From Amoebophrya sp. A120 (taxonomy: Eukaryota; Protista; Dinoflagellata), in the NCBI GenBank assembly GCA_905178155.1, contig CAJINV010000003.1, forward strand, positions 2,127,065-2,191,064: a stretch of 64,000 bases of DNA, in the 5' to 3' direction. Numbering within the stretch: position 1 is the first letter of the stretch; each line of letters begins with the position of its first letter. Made by a program: the position numbers and the translations under genes. Below the pieces are notes generated by a model, which did no database searches, was not told the DNA's origin, and saw nothing but the letters and a program-made list of their open reading frames with translations. Below, in pieces: positions 46,602-59,159 of the stretch.

Positions 46602-49600
46602 CTACACCTCGTCGCTGTCCATCGAGCCCCGATTACTAGCAAGCACATCCGCAAGCACATCTGGTTGCAAATCGTCAACAACTTCAACAACGGAAGCTCT
46701 AACCGGCTCCGCAGTGACGCTTTCTCGCGTGGAGTAGACCGCGCAGCCGGGAGCACCGTCCTGCTCGACGAATGTTGATCGCCGGCCGCCCGGCCCGGAA
46801 CGTAAAAATGACGACTCGGACAACTTGGACGATCTAGTAGAGGATCTCCTAGAAGCGGAAGACCGCCGCTTCTCGGATTTCCGCTTGCCGGATACTGCAT
46901 CACCATCGGTGACGACGGCGAGAGTTGACAGCTCGACGTCCCCCAGCGCTTTCACACTCCCCGCACTACTCCTCGCTTTGGCCTGCTCTATCATGTTCTC
47001 GTGTGCGTCAAAATGCGCTTGCAAGCGTTCCTCCTTGACTTTCTCTTGCTTTTCTTTCCTTTGCTCAATTTTTTGCCTGTGATAAGAATCGGCGGCGGGG
47101 GCATTGCGTCCGATGGGAGTGCGCTTCTCGGCGTCATTGATGTGGTGGTAGACGTAGTACGCCGCGCCACCCAAGATACAGCCGCAGGCGAGCAAGACCA
47201 CGAGTACGATCCCGACCACGCTGTCTGGGTCGTCGTTCTCATCGTGGAAACTGGACGGGGTCGCTGTGCCCGTGGCGGTGGTCGGCGTGGGCGTCGGGGA
47301 AGGCGAAGGGGTCGGCGCCGGCGTCGGCAGCGTCGGCTGGACCGGCACGCTTGGTTGGGTCACCACCACCGGCGTGGGGCTGGGCGCCACGGTCCCCACG
47401 GGAGTCGGGGATGGCGTAGGCGTTGGTGCCGCGGTGACCGGCGGTGTAGGAGCTGGGGCCGGCGGGGCCGCCGTGGTCGTGAAGGTCACGGACGCGACGC
47501 TGGTGGCGGGCGACACGGAGGCGACCCCGTAGCTCGTCGAGGCCAGGTTGGTCTGCATGTTGGACTGCAGACTGCTCGCAAAGGTCGGCGTCGTCAACAG
47601 CGATTGCGTCGAGGTGGCCTGCGCAACGGGTACGACCGCAGAGAAGGAGACCGTGACCGCGAGGTTGCTAGTAGTGGTCTGCAGGGACCGTCGGTTAGAC
47701 GAGGACTCGTCCACGACCTGGCGCTCCTCTTCTGCCCGCCTGCGCACTGCCGTCAGCTGCAGGTTCTGAATGGCAGACTCCGACAAACCGCCCAGTGACG
47801 CGGCCATGGACTTGATGATTTGCTCCTTCAAGGTCGGGTCCTGCAGCGCCATCGCCGCCGTCATCGATGCCGGAATCTGCAGCGTCATGGGCACGCTCGC
47901 GGAGATGATGTCTGTGCCGGCCACGGGAACCGTGATGATGGTCGTGGTTGTGGTGGTCGTGGAGGTGGTGGTGGCGGCCGTGCGAATCAGACACTGTCCC
48001 GGCGTCGCCAGCGGTCCCGTTGCGTTCCCCGCGACCGAAGCCGACACCAGCGACATCCGCGAAAGAAATTCCCCCGTGGGCAGCTGCTTGTCGCTGGCCG
48101 TGGTGTAGTTCGTGATCACGTTTTGCGCCCACCAATTCACCAAACTGGCCTCGAACTCCTGCTGCAGTGGCTCCGATGAAGAACCCGTGCTGTTCGACAT
48201 CATTTTGGTCAGGTTGCCAGAGAGAAACATTTGCAGCATTTCCACGGTGTCCAGACCGCGATCCAGCGACAGAGAGAAGTTGGTTTTAAAATACACGTAC
48301 GAAAACACGCTGCCCGCGGCCGCGAGAGACCGACGGCGCTCCTCGGCGTCGGCCAGCAGCAGATTGCGGTCCTCCGCGGCCTCGACGATCGGTGCCACAA
48401 GTTCTTGCAGTGTCGCTGCATCTTCTGCATTTTTCATCCCGGAGGTCGTGTGAAGAAGAGCACCATCATCATCACGTCCCAACCGACGTCGGAACGGCAA
48501 AGCCAGGTGACTTGCACTGGTTTGCCCGGCGTAGTCGAGCTCCTGGTAGGTGAGCGTCACGCCGTCGGACAGAAAGGTTTGTGTGGACTTCAGGTCGTAA
48601 AAGCTGTACGCGACGAACTCCCCCGTCGCCGGCAACAAAAGTGCGTTCTCGATCTGCTCGTCGAAGCGGAAGCTCGCGTCCACCAACTGCGATTCGGATG
48701 GTGCGTGCCGCTGCCCGTCGAGGAGAAAGAGGAAGTTGACGCTGGCGTTGTAGGCCAGGGTCTCGTCCGTGCAGGTGAACACCTCCACGTTTTTGGTGTA
48801 TTCGCTGACCGTGTTCGGGCCGTACAGCACCGGTCCCTTGGTTCTCAGCAACGGCGTGGTCATCATTTCGGCGTCGGTGAACTTGGTCCCCGGCAGCCCG
48901 GTGAGGGCAGCGATGTATGCAGCCGACGGGAAGCTCGTCGAGTTCAGGACCAAAGCGAAATAATTCTGCTCGGCCGCGGTGGTCGCGAAGGTGGCTTGCG
49001 CCTGGGCGTACGCGCTCGTGTCCTCCGGCACGCCGGTGGCGCGGAACTTCAGCACCATCTTCCCCGCCACCTTGCGCTCAACGAAAGCCTCACTGAACGC
49101 GAAGGTGTCCACCATTTCGTAGTAGGTCTCGTTGTCCGGCCCGAGGCTGGTATTCACCGGCGTGGTCACGTTGTTGGCGGACGTGAGCAGAAACTCGAGC
49201 TCGAAGGAGTGCAGGTGGGTCGCGTTCACCTCAGTGAAACCGTCCAGGAACGCCGTCTGGACGTGGGTCTTCATGTAAGTGTTCATGTCCGCTTCTGAGA
49301 CCGTGACGTGCGTGAGCCACTTCATCTCCAGCTCTAAAATCACAAAGTTGTAGGTAAACTCGCAGGTGTCGGTGGCGCCGTGGTCCCGCAGGCTGCCCGC
49401 GGTGGCGCGGCCCTCCCGCAGGAGGAGGGTGGAATCCCCGAAGGACGACAAACCGAGTAAAACCTGCTGCTCGAAGGCGTCTTCGAAACGGCTTTTCGAT
49501 GCTGTTGCGTTGTTGTTCGCGTCGATCGCCTCCTGCCCCGGCACGTCGGTCGCGTTGTAGAACTGGCAGTCCAGACTGTTCACGCCGTACGGAATGCTGT

Positions 49601-52600
49601 ACCACTGCATGGCGCCGCCTGCCGAGGTGCTCCCGCACGCCTCTTTCATCAGCGTGCAGCGGTTGGGGTCCTCCGTGCCGGCGTACCGGTAAAAGCCCTT
49701 GCACGCGGGCTCGGCTTGGCACAGATCGTGGCAAGCCTCCACGGTCACCACGTTCGTGTGGTACTTGAGCGCGCGCGCAGCGATGTCCGAGCAGTGATGC
49801 CCCACCGCAGCGCCGTACTGACAGGCTGCATTACCGTTGGTGGGGAGGAAGTCCGCTGTTGAGTTGTAAAGGATTTTTGTTTCAGGATTTTTGATCCGGG
49901 CCAGTTGGAGGCACTAGCGATATGGCATTGTACGTTTGAATGTTGACTCTTGAGCAAGATCATGATCTGGAGATTTCTTTGATGACAATGAGTCGTGAGA
50001 AGACAGAGTTAAAGTTATGCCCTACTTTTATACGTTCTTACACAAAAGACCCTATAAAAACATTAACATGTACTTTTCTCCCGACAGACTGAGTTTTGGT
50101 CGGCGGTTGCGTACGGCTTGCAGCTGTTGGCTGACGGAACGAAGGACAACGTCCGCCCGTCAGATTCGGTGCACACATGATCGCGAACACCGTCCCCATC
50201 GCAGTCGTGGTACTCGTAGTTTTCCCGGTTCGCCGCGCAGAACCGGGCCGGCACGGGACACACGGATGAGGCGAGTGCGCCCAGCATGCACACCTTGGAG
50301 GCGGTCTTGAAGGTGCTGAGCGGCACCGAATTGGTGGGCAGAATGTAGGGGTGGAATCTGGTCGAGCCCGTGACCAGGGTCTCGGAGCGCACGCTGTGCA
50401 GGTAGCACCTCGCGGTTCCGCGTTCAACCCCGTGGTCCCACCCGACACACAAAGCCTCCACACTGCACACCTGCGAGCACTTCCCCACGTCGGCTTCCGG
50501 GAAGGAGTAGGTGTTGGTACACGGCCTGCCAGAGCAGTCACTGAAGTAGCCGTGCTGGGTCGCGTCGATCTGCAGGTAGGTGAAGGTTTTCGGGAACCGC
50601 CCCGTGACCGCGCAGTCGGGAAACGACGGCTCGTCCTCCGGCGTGAACCCGGGAAGCAGTGGGTACTGGTGCCCGAAGGTGTTGGCCAGGTCGTCCAGCA
50701 TCTTGTCCCGGTTCGCCGTCGTGTAGTCCAGCGTGATAGTGTAGTCCACCAGCAGCGTCAACGGCTGCATCATCATCGACGGCGACGTCGTCGGCAAACC
50801 GGTCGGCGACGGGTAGTTGCCCGCCAGCTGGCGCACATTCACGGCGGCGGTTGCGGTCGCCAGCGAAAACGCGGGCTTCTGCAGGATGGTCACGTCCAGG
50901 GACGTGACGGTGGGAGCGATCACGCCCTCGTACACTTCGTCACCCGTGGTGCCCGCGGTGAACCCGCGTACGATTCCGGCCGGGAACGAGGTGGCTGCCA
51001 GCGAGAGCAAATCGGCACTGTTCAAGGTGGCGTTGCCCGCGTTCGTGCCGACCCGCAGCATTTCGACGGTCATCTTCGCGGAGAACGTTTGGTAGGTCCG
51101 GCACCCTGTGAGTGCGGGATCCGAACCCGCCGCCGCTTGCGCCAAGAGTACGTCGAAGTTGCCGGAGACTTCGACCAGCGTCGCCGACACCGTGGCGGAC
51201 TTGATCGTGGCCGAGCCCAGCGCAAGCGTCAGCCCCACGGCGGCCGCTTGAGCCAGTTGCGTGGTCAGACTCGTCTTGAACGTACTCGCCATGGTGCCCG
51301 CCTCCGAACCAGACACGTCCACGCGTTTGGCCAAGGTAGCGCGCGTGCTCGCGGCGGTGGTGTCGGCCAGCAAGATCGCGAAACTCACCTTCACGGTCGC
51401 AGACGACGCCTGGAGGCGACGCGGCGCGATGGAAATATCGTCCGACGAGGAAAGCAATCGGCGACTTGATGCCACCAATGGCGCAGGAAAGGAATACACG
51501 ACGCCCTGCACGTCCAACGCCGTAATATCCGCACTGCCGATACCTGCCGCAATAGCGACGCGGGTGCCTGTTTATTTTTGTATTGCAACAGAATCGTCGC
51601 GGTAGCGCTATGTTGACACGTGCTTGGCTTGGCCTTCAAGTTATGGTTAATCTGAATCTGTCTGATCGCTGTACAAAAAAAAATTCGTAAATGACTACTT
51701 AAGTACATGATCTTCATCGTCACCATAGATTCATTATCATTTGCTTGTTGCATTCACCAAAAATGAAGCTATACGCTCAATGAGCCCCATGTCCGCGTTC
51801 AGTTCCGCTGCCGTTGTGGATCCCAAGCCTTCAACCGTGAGTGTCAGGTCCGAATAGAACGCCGAGTAGGTGTCGTTCGCGGTTGCATTCACGTAGTAAT
51901 TCGCGCGGGCGGCTGCTGCCGCGGCTAGCAACGTGTCCGTGGCATTCAAGCGGATACACGAGTAGGGCTGAAACGAGTAGCGCACCGGATTCACAGGTGA
52001 CGGTTCCAGATACGACTTTCGCAGGATCAGCTGGGAGTCCACCATGGAGAGCCCGTTGTTCATGGCAGTCGAGGCGTTCATCGCTTGGAACAAGGCCGGG
52101 TCCGACTTTGTGTTCACGCCCGTCGGCTCCTCGATGGTGACCACACGCCCGGTTTTGTCCAGTACGGCCGCCACGCGCGCGACGGTCGCGGTGGAGGGCA
52201 GCGACACCTGAAAGCCGATGCGGCGGTGCATGTCCATCCGCGTGATGATGACCTCGGTGGTGTTTTCGTGCACCAGCTGCACTCCGTTGGCATCCGTCAG
52301 GTTCACCGTCTCCGTGAAGTTCACCAGCGTGTAATTCACGTGCGTGTCGTCCATTCGGAGCACGTTTCCGTAGTTCTGCAGCAGCGTGAACGTGTCGAAA
52401 AGCACGGTCTGCGTGTTCACCGCCGGAAACGGCGTCGTCATCGGGGAAACGGCGGACCCGCTAACACGCTCGTGCAACAAAGTTTCGGTCGCAATCCCGT
52501 TGTCGCGCAAAATGTCCAGCACCGCGTTCCCCAAGATAGCCGGGGTCGCGAGCTGGGCGTGCATCGCCTCCGCCTCCGCTTCCGAAATCAGCATGTCGTG

Positions 52601-53689
52601 CGGGTTCTCGGCGGGCAGCAGTTCGTGGTATCTCTGGAAGCTGAACTGCACTTCCACGTCGTACATGTCGTAGGGGAACCCGCACTTGAGCTCGAAACTG
52701 CACTCCGGCAACGCCGTTTCCGTCACGTTGGGCGCAATCAAGTTATCAAACGCCGTGTCCAGCTGCACGGTCTCGCCCGAGGCCGGTGTGAACAGCGTCG
52801 CCAGCTGCGCGTCGAACGAGGTCCTGAAGGCGGCTTTGAACTCCGAGTGCGTACTGCCCGCGTCGTCATACAGTGCCAACGCCAGCTGCTCCGCCATCAC
52901 GCTGTCCGCCTGCGAATTCGCGTTTCCGCGGAAGTTGCCGCTGCTGTCGACGATCACACTGGGGAACGCCAGCCGCAAAGTGTACTCGATCGTCAACTTC
53001 AGCGTGTGGTAGTACTTGCTGAGCACCGGCCCCGTCGGCGCGAGGGCCTGGACCGTGACGGTCCAGTTCGAGAATCGGTCGATGTGGTCGAACACCGTGG
53101 GATCAGAGGTGGTCAGGTTCAGGGCCAGAATGGCGTCCAGCACGGCTTTCTTCATCACATCCTGCGTCAAGGAAGTCACAATCCGGTCGTTCTCGGTCGT
53201 GGCCGTGGTGGCCGCCGTGCGCACCAACTGAGGGTACAGGGTGCCCGAGATCTCCGTCACGTTCACGTTGCAGGTTTTGTTTTCACGCGCAGTCAGCACG
53301 GCATCTTGAATAGAAGTGTACTGCTTGGTGGTGACGGGGTAGGTGACCGCAGTCGGCAAACCGGCGGCCACGTCGGATCCGATGGCAGCCAGTTCGCGTC
53401 GGGAAACGCCGTCTTGAGCATTGTCCTCCTCGTCGTTCGCGAGCCAAACGACACGATTGCTGTCCGCAGCGAAGGTAGCGGGGTTGTAGTTCGGCTGCAG
53501 GTAGAATTGCCCCACTTCTGTCTCCTGTCCGGCTTCCTGCCCACTGACCACTGCTGGGCTCAGCCACAATGCAGTTGCGACGGCGCAAAGCGCAAGCCTC
53601 TGCAGGTAGGATCCTGCAATGGGTCCTGCTTTCATCGTGGTCCCACTGCAACTGCTAGTCTTCCACATGGTCAGAGCCAGTTCCCTCAT
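46602..53689 (-). CDS. Large type I membrane adhesin-like protein: signal peptide, Ala/Thr-rich modules, two PAN/apple-like domains, Pro/Thr stalk, TM helix, cytoplasmic tail
   Basis: ORFs 51737-53887, 50063-51517 and 46602-49805 are separated by short AT-rich intron-like gaps. Signal RLALCAVATALWLSPAVVSG. CSQVC…CVGWD…RCYL and CHDLC…CKGFY…RCTL. PTPSPTP stalk. TM IVLVVLLACGCILGGAAYYVY. Confidence 0.8.
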
Positions 53690-54283
53690 GATCGGTGGGT
53701 CCGATGAGTTTGAGTAGAGCGAAAATGGCAATTTGAAAAGAAGATCATCAGGAAAATCTTCTTGTCCGGGGAAAGAGAAGAATTTGTGAAAAATCAAACA
53801 CGAAAAATTAAAAACTGAATGGTAGGAAATTAATGTATTGGGATGAGGGTGACACGAAACTGCGCAGTATGAAATGAAAGAAAGCATGAAAAAGTGCCAT
53901 ACTCCGGCGTTTCTTCAAAAAGGTATTACTTTAGTAGTGCGTTGTACGATGACGAAATCGCTAAACCGATCATTCTGAAGCACGCACGAGGATGCACGAT
54001 AGAAACGTTTAATATCTGACGTACGAAAGAACCGCCACTGGGCAATTGGACGATAGACCGACTTTCACTTTACTTCCGCAGGTGCATGAAATCTAAGTTG
54101 TACGACAACGACAGAAGAGCGCCGAGCTGCTGCTAATCCTAATGCTATTCCTCCATACTAAGAAACCGATGCAAGGACGAAACCGACATCTGGAATGTAA
54201 TTGAAAGTTTGGTGACGACAACAGGCAGTACCGACGGTATGAGAGAGATAGTCAAGCACCGAAAGCAGTTCTAATACTCGTGT

Positions 54284-55106
54284 TCATAGGCGTAGGGTAG
54301 TGCAGTCTAGAAAGTACGAGGTATATATAAAGCAAGAAGAACTGGCTACAATGTCCAGGCTCTCGCGAGCTGCGTTGGAGACGCTGAGTGCGGCGTCCTT
54401 CGACGCGACAATGGAGGATGCAGTTTCTCCAAGTTTCTCGAGTACTAGCGCTTTACGCCTTGGTTTTTTGTCGTCGCTACTGCCAGCCAGAAAATGTTGC
54501 GCATCAAGATTCACGATCACGAATGCGGTTTGGAGGCATAATGTTTTCGCTCTCTGTTTCCCTGAGCAAGTGCATCAAAATATACTCTGGCCTCAGGTTC
54601 TGGAACTTGCGCCAATCGCGATAGCGTACCCGGGCCGCCAAGGAAGGATCAGCTATACTGCGATAAACACGCACAACATCCTCGACTCTGCATTTGAAGA
54701 AACCAATTGCGCCGCCCGGATTCATCGCTCGCACGCCTTGCTGCGCGCGGACGTCGGCTGACGTCGAATTAGCGTCATCCCTTGAAAGCATATCCCGTAT
54801 AGAGTCGAGCTCTGCAAGAAGCTGCTCCACGTCTCCGTCTCTCGCCGCCCTTATGCTCCGAGAGGCTGCTGAACCCGCTTCTCTGCCTCCCGGGCGCTTC
54901 TCGAAATCGATCCTCACCAGAGCGCGCGGCTCGTTTTTTCTCTTTGCCGAGCGAATCAAGGGCGTGCCAGAAAGCTCTCGGGTCGCTTTTTTGTTCTTCT
55001 TCTTCCCATCTCGCAATAGCCTGTCTAGACCTGCTTTGTTCAATTTCGGAGGGGGCATCAGCACTTTCATCAAATCCTCCTCCATTTTCCGTGCATCGCT
55101 GCTCAT
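54284..55106 (-). CDS. Hypothetical basic protein, probably spliced; 3' structure uncertain
   Basis: ORF 54504-55268 with a plausible ATG at 55106 (MSSDARKMEEDL) and a protein-like downstream frame 54284-54520. No motif recognised. Confidence 0.45.
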
Positions 55107-55909
55107 CTTCGGATCCCGACCGCCAAGACCTACTTGGCCCGCTGACCTGTGCTTCTTCAAGCCACGGTAGATATGACACCCCGGCGGTTTTTTCTCCGAT
55201 GTTACTGTTAACGTGCATACTGTTCTTTCTACCTTGTTTCTACCATGAAATCTTCTGCTAGATGACAAAACGTCGCACCAAAATATCTACGGACAATCTT
55301 TCAGGCTGCCGATGGAGTCTCGTCTCAACATTCATGGACCCACAGCCACACCAAAAAGGATAAATAGAAGTCTTGGCTGTAAATCTCTCTCGAGAACCTG
55401 TCAGAAATTCACAAAACGCCGTTGCAGAGCCAAGCAAGTAGTCCTTTTCAGTACAGATAGATACTAGCGGCTAAGGGTTGATCACAACTGCATCTTCAAA
55501 AAACCAAGCAGTGGAGCTGTAGTATACCTTCAAGATAGATTTTCACGTATATTCATCACGATTCCGTCCACCACTATGTCCGGGAACGACTGGCTATGCC
55601 AAGCAGTAAAAACAGACACCCGGCAGTCGACAATCGCATGCGCACCAGCTGAGAGTGCAGGAGGTGCAGCCATTTGATGCGTACTCAATAGCAATAGTCG
55701 TTTCATTTGAGCGAGGTTCCAAAGCGCGCAGGCTCGACACTTAACACCACTCAAGTGTAGTTCGCGAGGGCTCCTGCACGAGACGGAGTTTCAACTCGTA
55801 ATATTCGGTGCAAAGCTTCACAGCAGCATGCACACAAGCACAGCGTGATTTTCATTTTTCGGGAATAAATCGACGAGAATATATCTTGCCTGTCGTGCTG
55901 AATTCGTCC

Positions 55910-56842
55910 TCAAGCGCTACCGAATCCCAATATTGGGTTCCCGCGGCGCTTGAGCGCAAGCAGCACGTCTTTGGGCTGCACCGTATTTCTTCGCGCATGC
56001 TTCATGTAGGCCAACGCGTCCCCCAGGGTGGCCTCTAAAAACAGGGCCATGGCCACCCGGCATTCCTTGTAACTGCCGCTCGAAATCCGGCGGACCCCGC
56101 CGCGGCGGGCCAGGCGTCGAATACTGGCTCGGGTAAGACTCCTCATGCGGTCCTCCCGGGTTATGGCGAGTTTCGATCTGTCTGCCTGGAGCGCGAAGGA
56201 CGCGTTTGCCTTCTGCAGTGCGGCTTTGCTAAAGTGGGTCGCTGCAGCCCAGGACGTCGAGGAGCTGCTTTTCATCAGGTTCTTTTGCGGCTGCTTGACG
56301 TCCTTGTCGTAGCATGGTAATTTTTTGTCCGCCAAGTCTAGCCCGAGTAGCCCTCGGCTGCCGTACTTCTTCTGTTGCTGGTCCACGTAATTCGCGTGGT
56401 CAATCTTCTGAAAACTCTCCAGCAGACTCTGGTTGGCGGCGTGTCCCTTCTTCATCGCCATCTTGCTTTGCGCATCGAAGGCGTCGTACAGTGGGGCCTT
56501 TTTGTCGTTGTAGGAGTACGAGAAGTTGATGTCCTTTTCGCGCAGGTTCTGGAACGACGTTTTTATCCCCTTACTGTCAATGGTGTAGTGGTCGACATCC
56601 TTTGCCACCAGTGCATAGTTATTTATTCCCTGCTGGGCTCCGATGTTGTGATCGAATGGATGCGAGTGCAGCTCCTCCTGCTGTTGGAACTGGTGCATCG
56701 CCACCGCGGCTTTCTGTTTCGAGTCCTTCACACTTATGGGCAACTTCAGGTCCGCTTCGGTCCACGCCATTTTGTCAAATTTGAAATCGCCGTCGTGGGG
56801 GTCAAGCCCCTTCTTGTGCTTGCCCGCCGGATAATCGTCCAT
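55910..56842 (-). CDS. Divergent histone H4 variant with a ~230-aa N-terminal extension
   Basis: C-terminal [73 protein letters not shown] aligns without gaps to the H4 fold ([27 protein letters not shown]…VVYALKRQGRTLYGFG). Confidence 0.9.
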   Translation of the reverse strand: [310 protein letters not shown]

Positions 56843-57419
56843 TGTTGCTCTCGATATGATCTTGGAGTTCGTACGTACTTGCTCCTTGTGTTCTGTTCAA
56901 TATCAAAGAGAAGTAGTTTTTGACTTGTTACGTACTTCCTAGATTTTCAAAAGAGCGTGCTCAAAGACATGTATGTATAGTATGCTGTAAAAACCTATGC
57001 GCATCACGCCCGAGACCGGGTGCTCGCGTGATGTGTAAGTAGTTGTCCGTCAAGAAAAAGAGCGAAAAACCAAGACTGTCAACATTGCACACGATCTGGT
57101 GTATCTGTTTCTGAATGGTAAACCAGAATCTCTACCAGAAAAGCTGCCGGCTGGCGCCATCGAAAGATAGACGCGACAAAAATCATGAAAGATACCGCCA
57201 GGATCGAGAAAAGCAAAAGTAGGAGCACACTGAAGTTCTTGCATGGAAGTGTTGCGTTGAAAATGGAAACACCGCCTCAGTGATGTGGTGCTGTTGCAGT
57301 CTACACATTTTTCACCATTGTGTTTGTTCTCTTCTGTCATCTGCTCGTGCGCTCATACGCCATGCTTGTAGTTACGGAACAATCTCAATCGTTCTTGTGG
57401 ACGGAAAAAACAAGTCGTG

Positions 57420-58940
57420 AATCCACCGATTCATCATCTTCATCGTGACCACGACAAAACCTTGCCTTGCCCTAGCGCCCGCTGAAACCCGCGAGGCGCG
57501 GCGGCGGAATCTGGACCTTCCGCAGTGCCTCGGTGTGAGAGACCGCCGCGTTTCGCAGCGTGCTCCGCAACTGGTCCAATTTTTTCAGCGTGTCCGACGA
57601 GGCCTTCTCCGCGCGCTCCGCGGTGGCCTTGGCACTTGCCGTTTCGCTCTTCTGCTTGATTAGTTCTGCTTCGACATCGACGATTCGCGGAGCAGATCCT
57701 GCGGTGTTGTGCAGTGAGTGACTAGTGGATCAAAAAAATTTCAATGCAGACACAACAAATTCTGTTTTTTGGAAATTCAAATTCATTACACTGCCCGTTT
57801 GTTCAATCTTCAAGTGATCATGTTCCTGGTCCTCGTCTTTACAAACGGAGCACTAAAGTACCGCTCCCCGACGCAGAGAAAGGAACGCTGCCCGAGAAAG
57901 ATTCCGCTTCCACCGGAAGCGTACCCGCGTTTTGCACGATTGTCGGAGGTGCCTGCCGCAGTGCCATGGCTGGATAGCACGCACCCGCAAGAACGAGGGA
58001 AAAACACTTCCAGGACACCATCCTTTCGTGTCAAGATCTCGACGCTCCAGCCATATCCTACGCTAAAGGAAGTTGATCTGCGTGTGTGCATCTTGTGACA
58101 GCACAATCCACCACTCGGTCACGCCATCTCTCAGGTTGGTCGAACATGCGCTGCTCTTGCAAGAGCAAGAGGTAAAAAGCGGTAAGCAACACCTGCTCGT
58201 GGTCGTGTGCAATAATATTCAAGGGTTGCTACAACGAGGCCATAATTCCCGCTACGCCTTTTATTGATGCATCGGATCCGCAACAAGCAGCTGCTGACGC
58301 CCCTACAGAACGGAGCCTTCTGCCTGCAAGCCGCCGGCGGGATTCTGCGCAGCCCGCAATTGTGCCGGGCGGTAATTCAAAGCTGAGGCCATCAGCACCT
58401 TCTTCTCGGAAAGCAAGGCCTGACACCGTGGATGGATTTTCTCGTCTCGGTCTGAAGGCGGACAGAGGTAAAAGGATTCCTGTCTCGCAGCAGCGGTCGG
58501 GCTCGTCGAGTTGCCCGAGGTCGTGTTCGCAGCCAATCGTGCAGCTTCCCCCAAAAAATCAACCGCCGCTCCTTCTGCTTTGCCTTTATTTGCTTCTTGA
58601 CTCTTCTCCTCAGGCGGCACGCCAGAAAAGACGCGCGAGTCGTTGTTGGCCTCCCCCCGTGCGCGCTCACGGGCTCGAAGTAGCCTTTTGATTCGAGACC
58701 GAAGACCTGGGCCGTAGAGGCCTGCCGCCTGCCCCTGGTCCAAATCGAGATCGGCAACACCCCGGGTCCGCGACGACCAGCCCAAAACAGTCACGTCCAG
58801 GCTCGGATCGAGGTTCACCTCCCGGGTCAAGAAACGCAGCAGGATGAGCGGAAAACCGACCAGCACGAAGGGCACCGAGCGTGTGAAGATGCGAACTAAC
58901 CAACGACGAGGTAGAACCCACTACGAGTAAAAACAACACC
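57420..58940 (-). CDS. Probable multi-exon hypothetical membrane-anchored protein
   Basis: Protein-like minus-strand frames (58303-58875 with hydrophobic PFVLVGFPLILLRFL; further segments ~57810-58080 and ~57430-57700) separated by intron-like gaps. Exon structure unresolved. Confidence 0.4.
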
Positions 58941-59159
58941 TACCGGAGGTGGTACAGATATGCAGAAAGGTATGTCTGTGTGTGTGTGCCAATACTGGCA
59001 TCAAGGGCCCTGGGGTTCATTGTGTGAGTGAATGTCGATGGCACAAGGCAGACCGGTAAATCTGGGGCCTTCGGGAACCTTCACCATTCTTGCCGTGGCG
59101 TTCGTGCCCGGCTTAGCCTGTTTCAGGTTCAGTAGTCATCTTACTCTAGTAGAATTGAA

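Noticed and set aside
20797-53707. Long plus-strand ORFs (e.g. 20797-22206, 48231-49298, 50351-51469, 52085-53707)
   Set aside because: They are antisense shadows of GC3-rich minus-strand genes and show no recognisable motifs.
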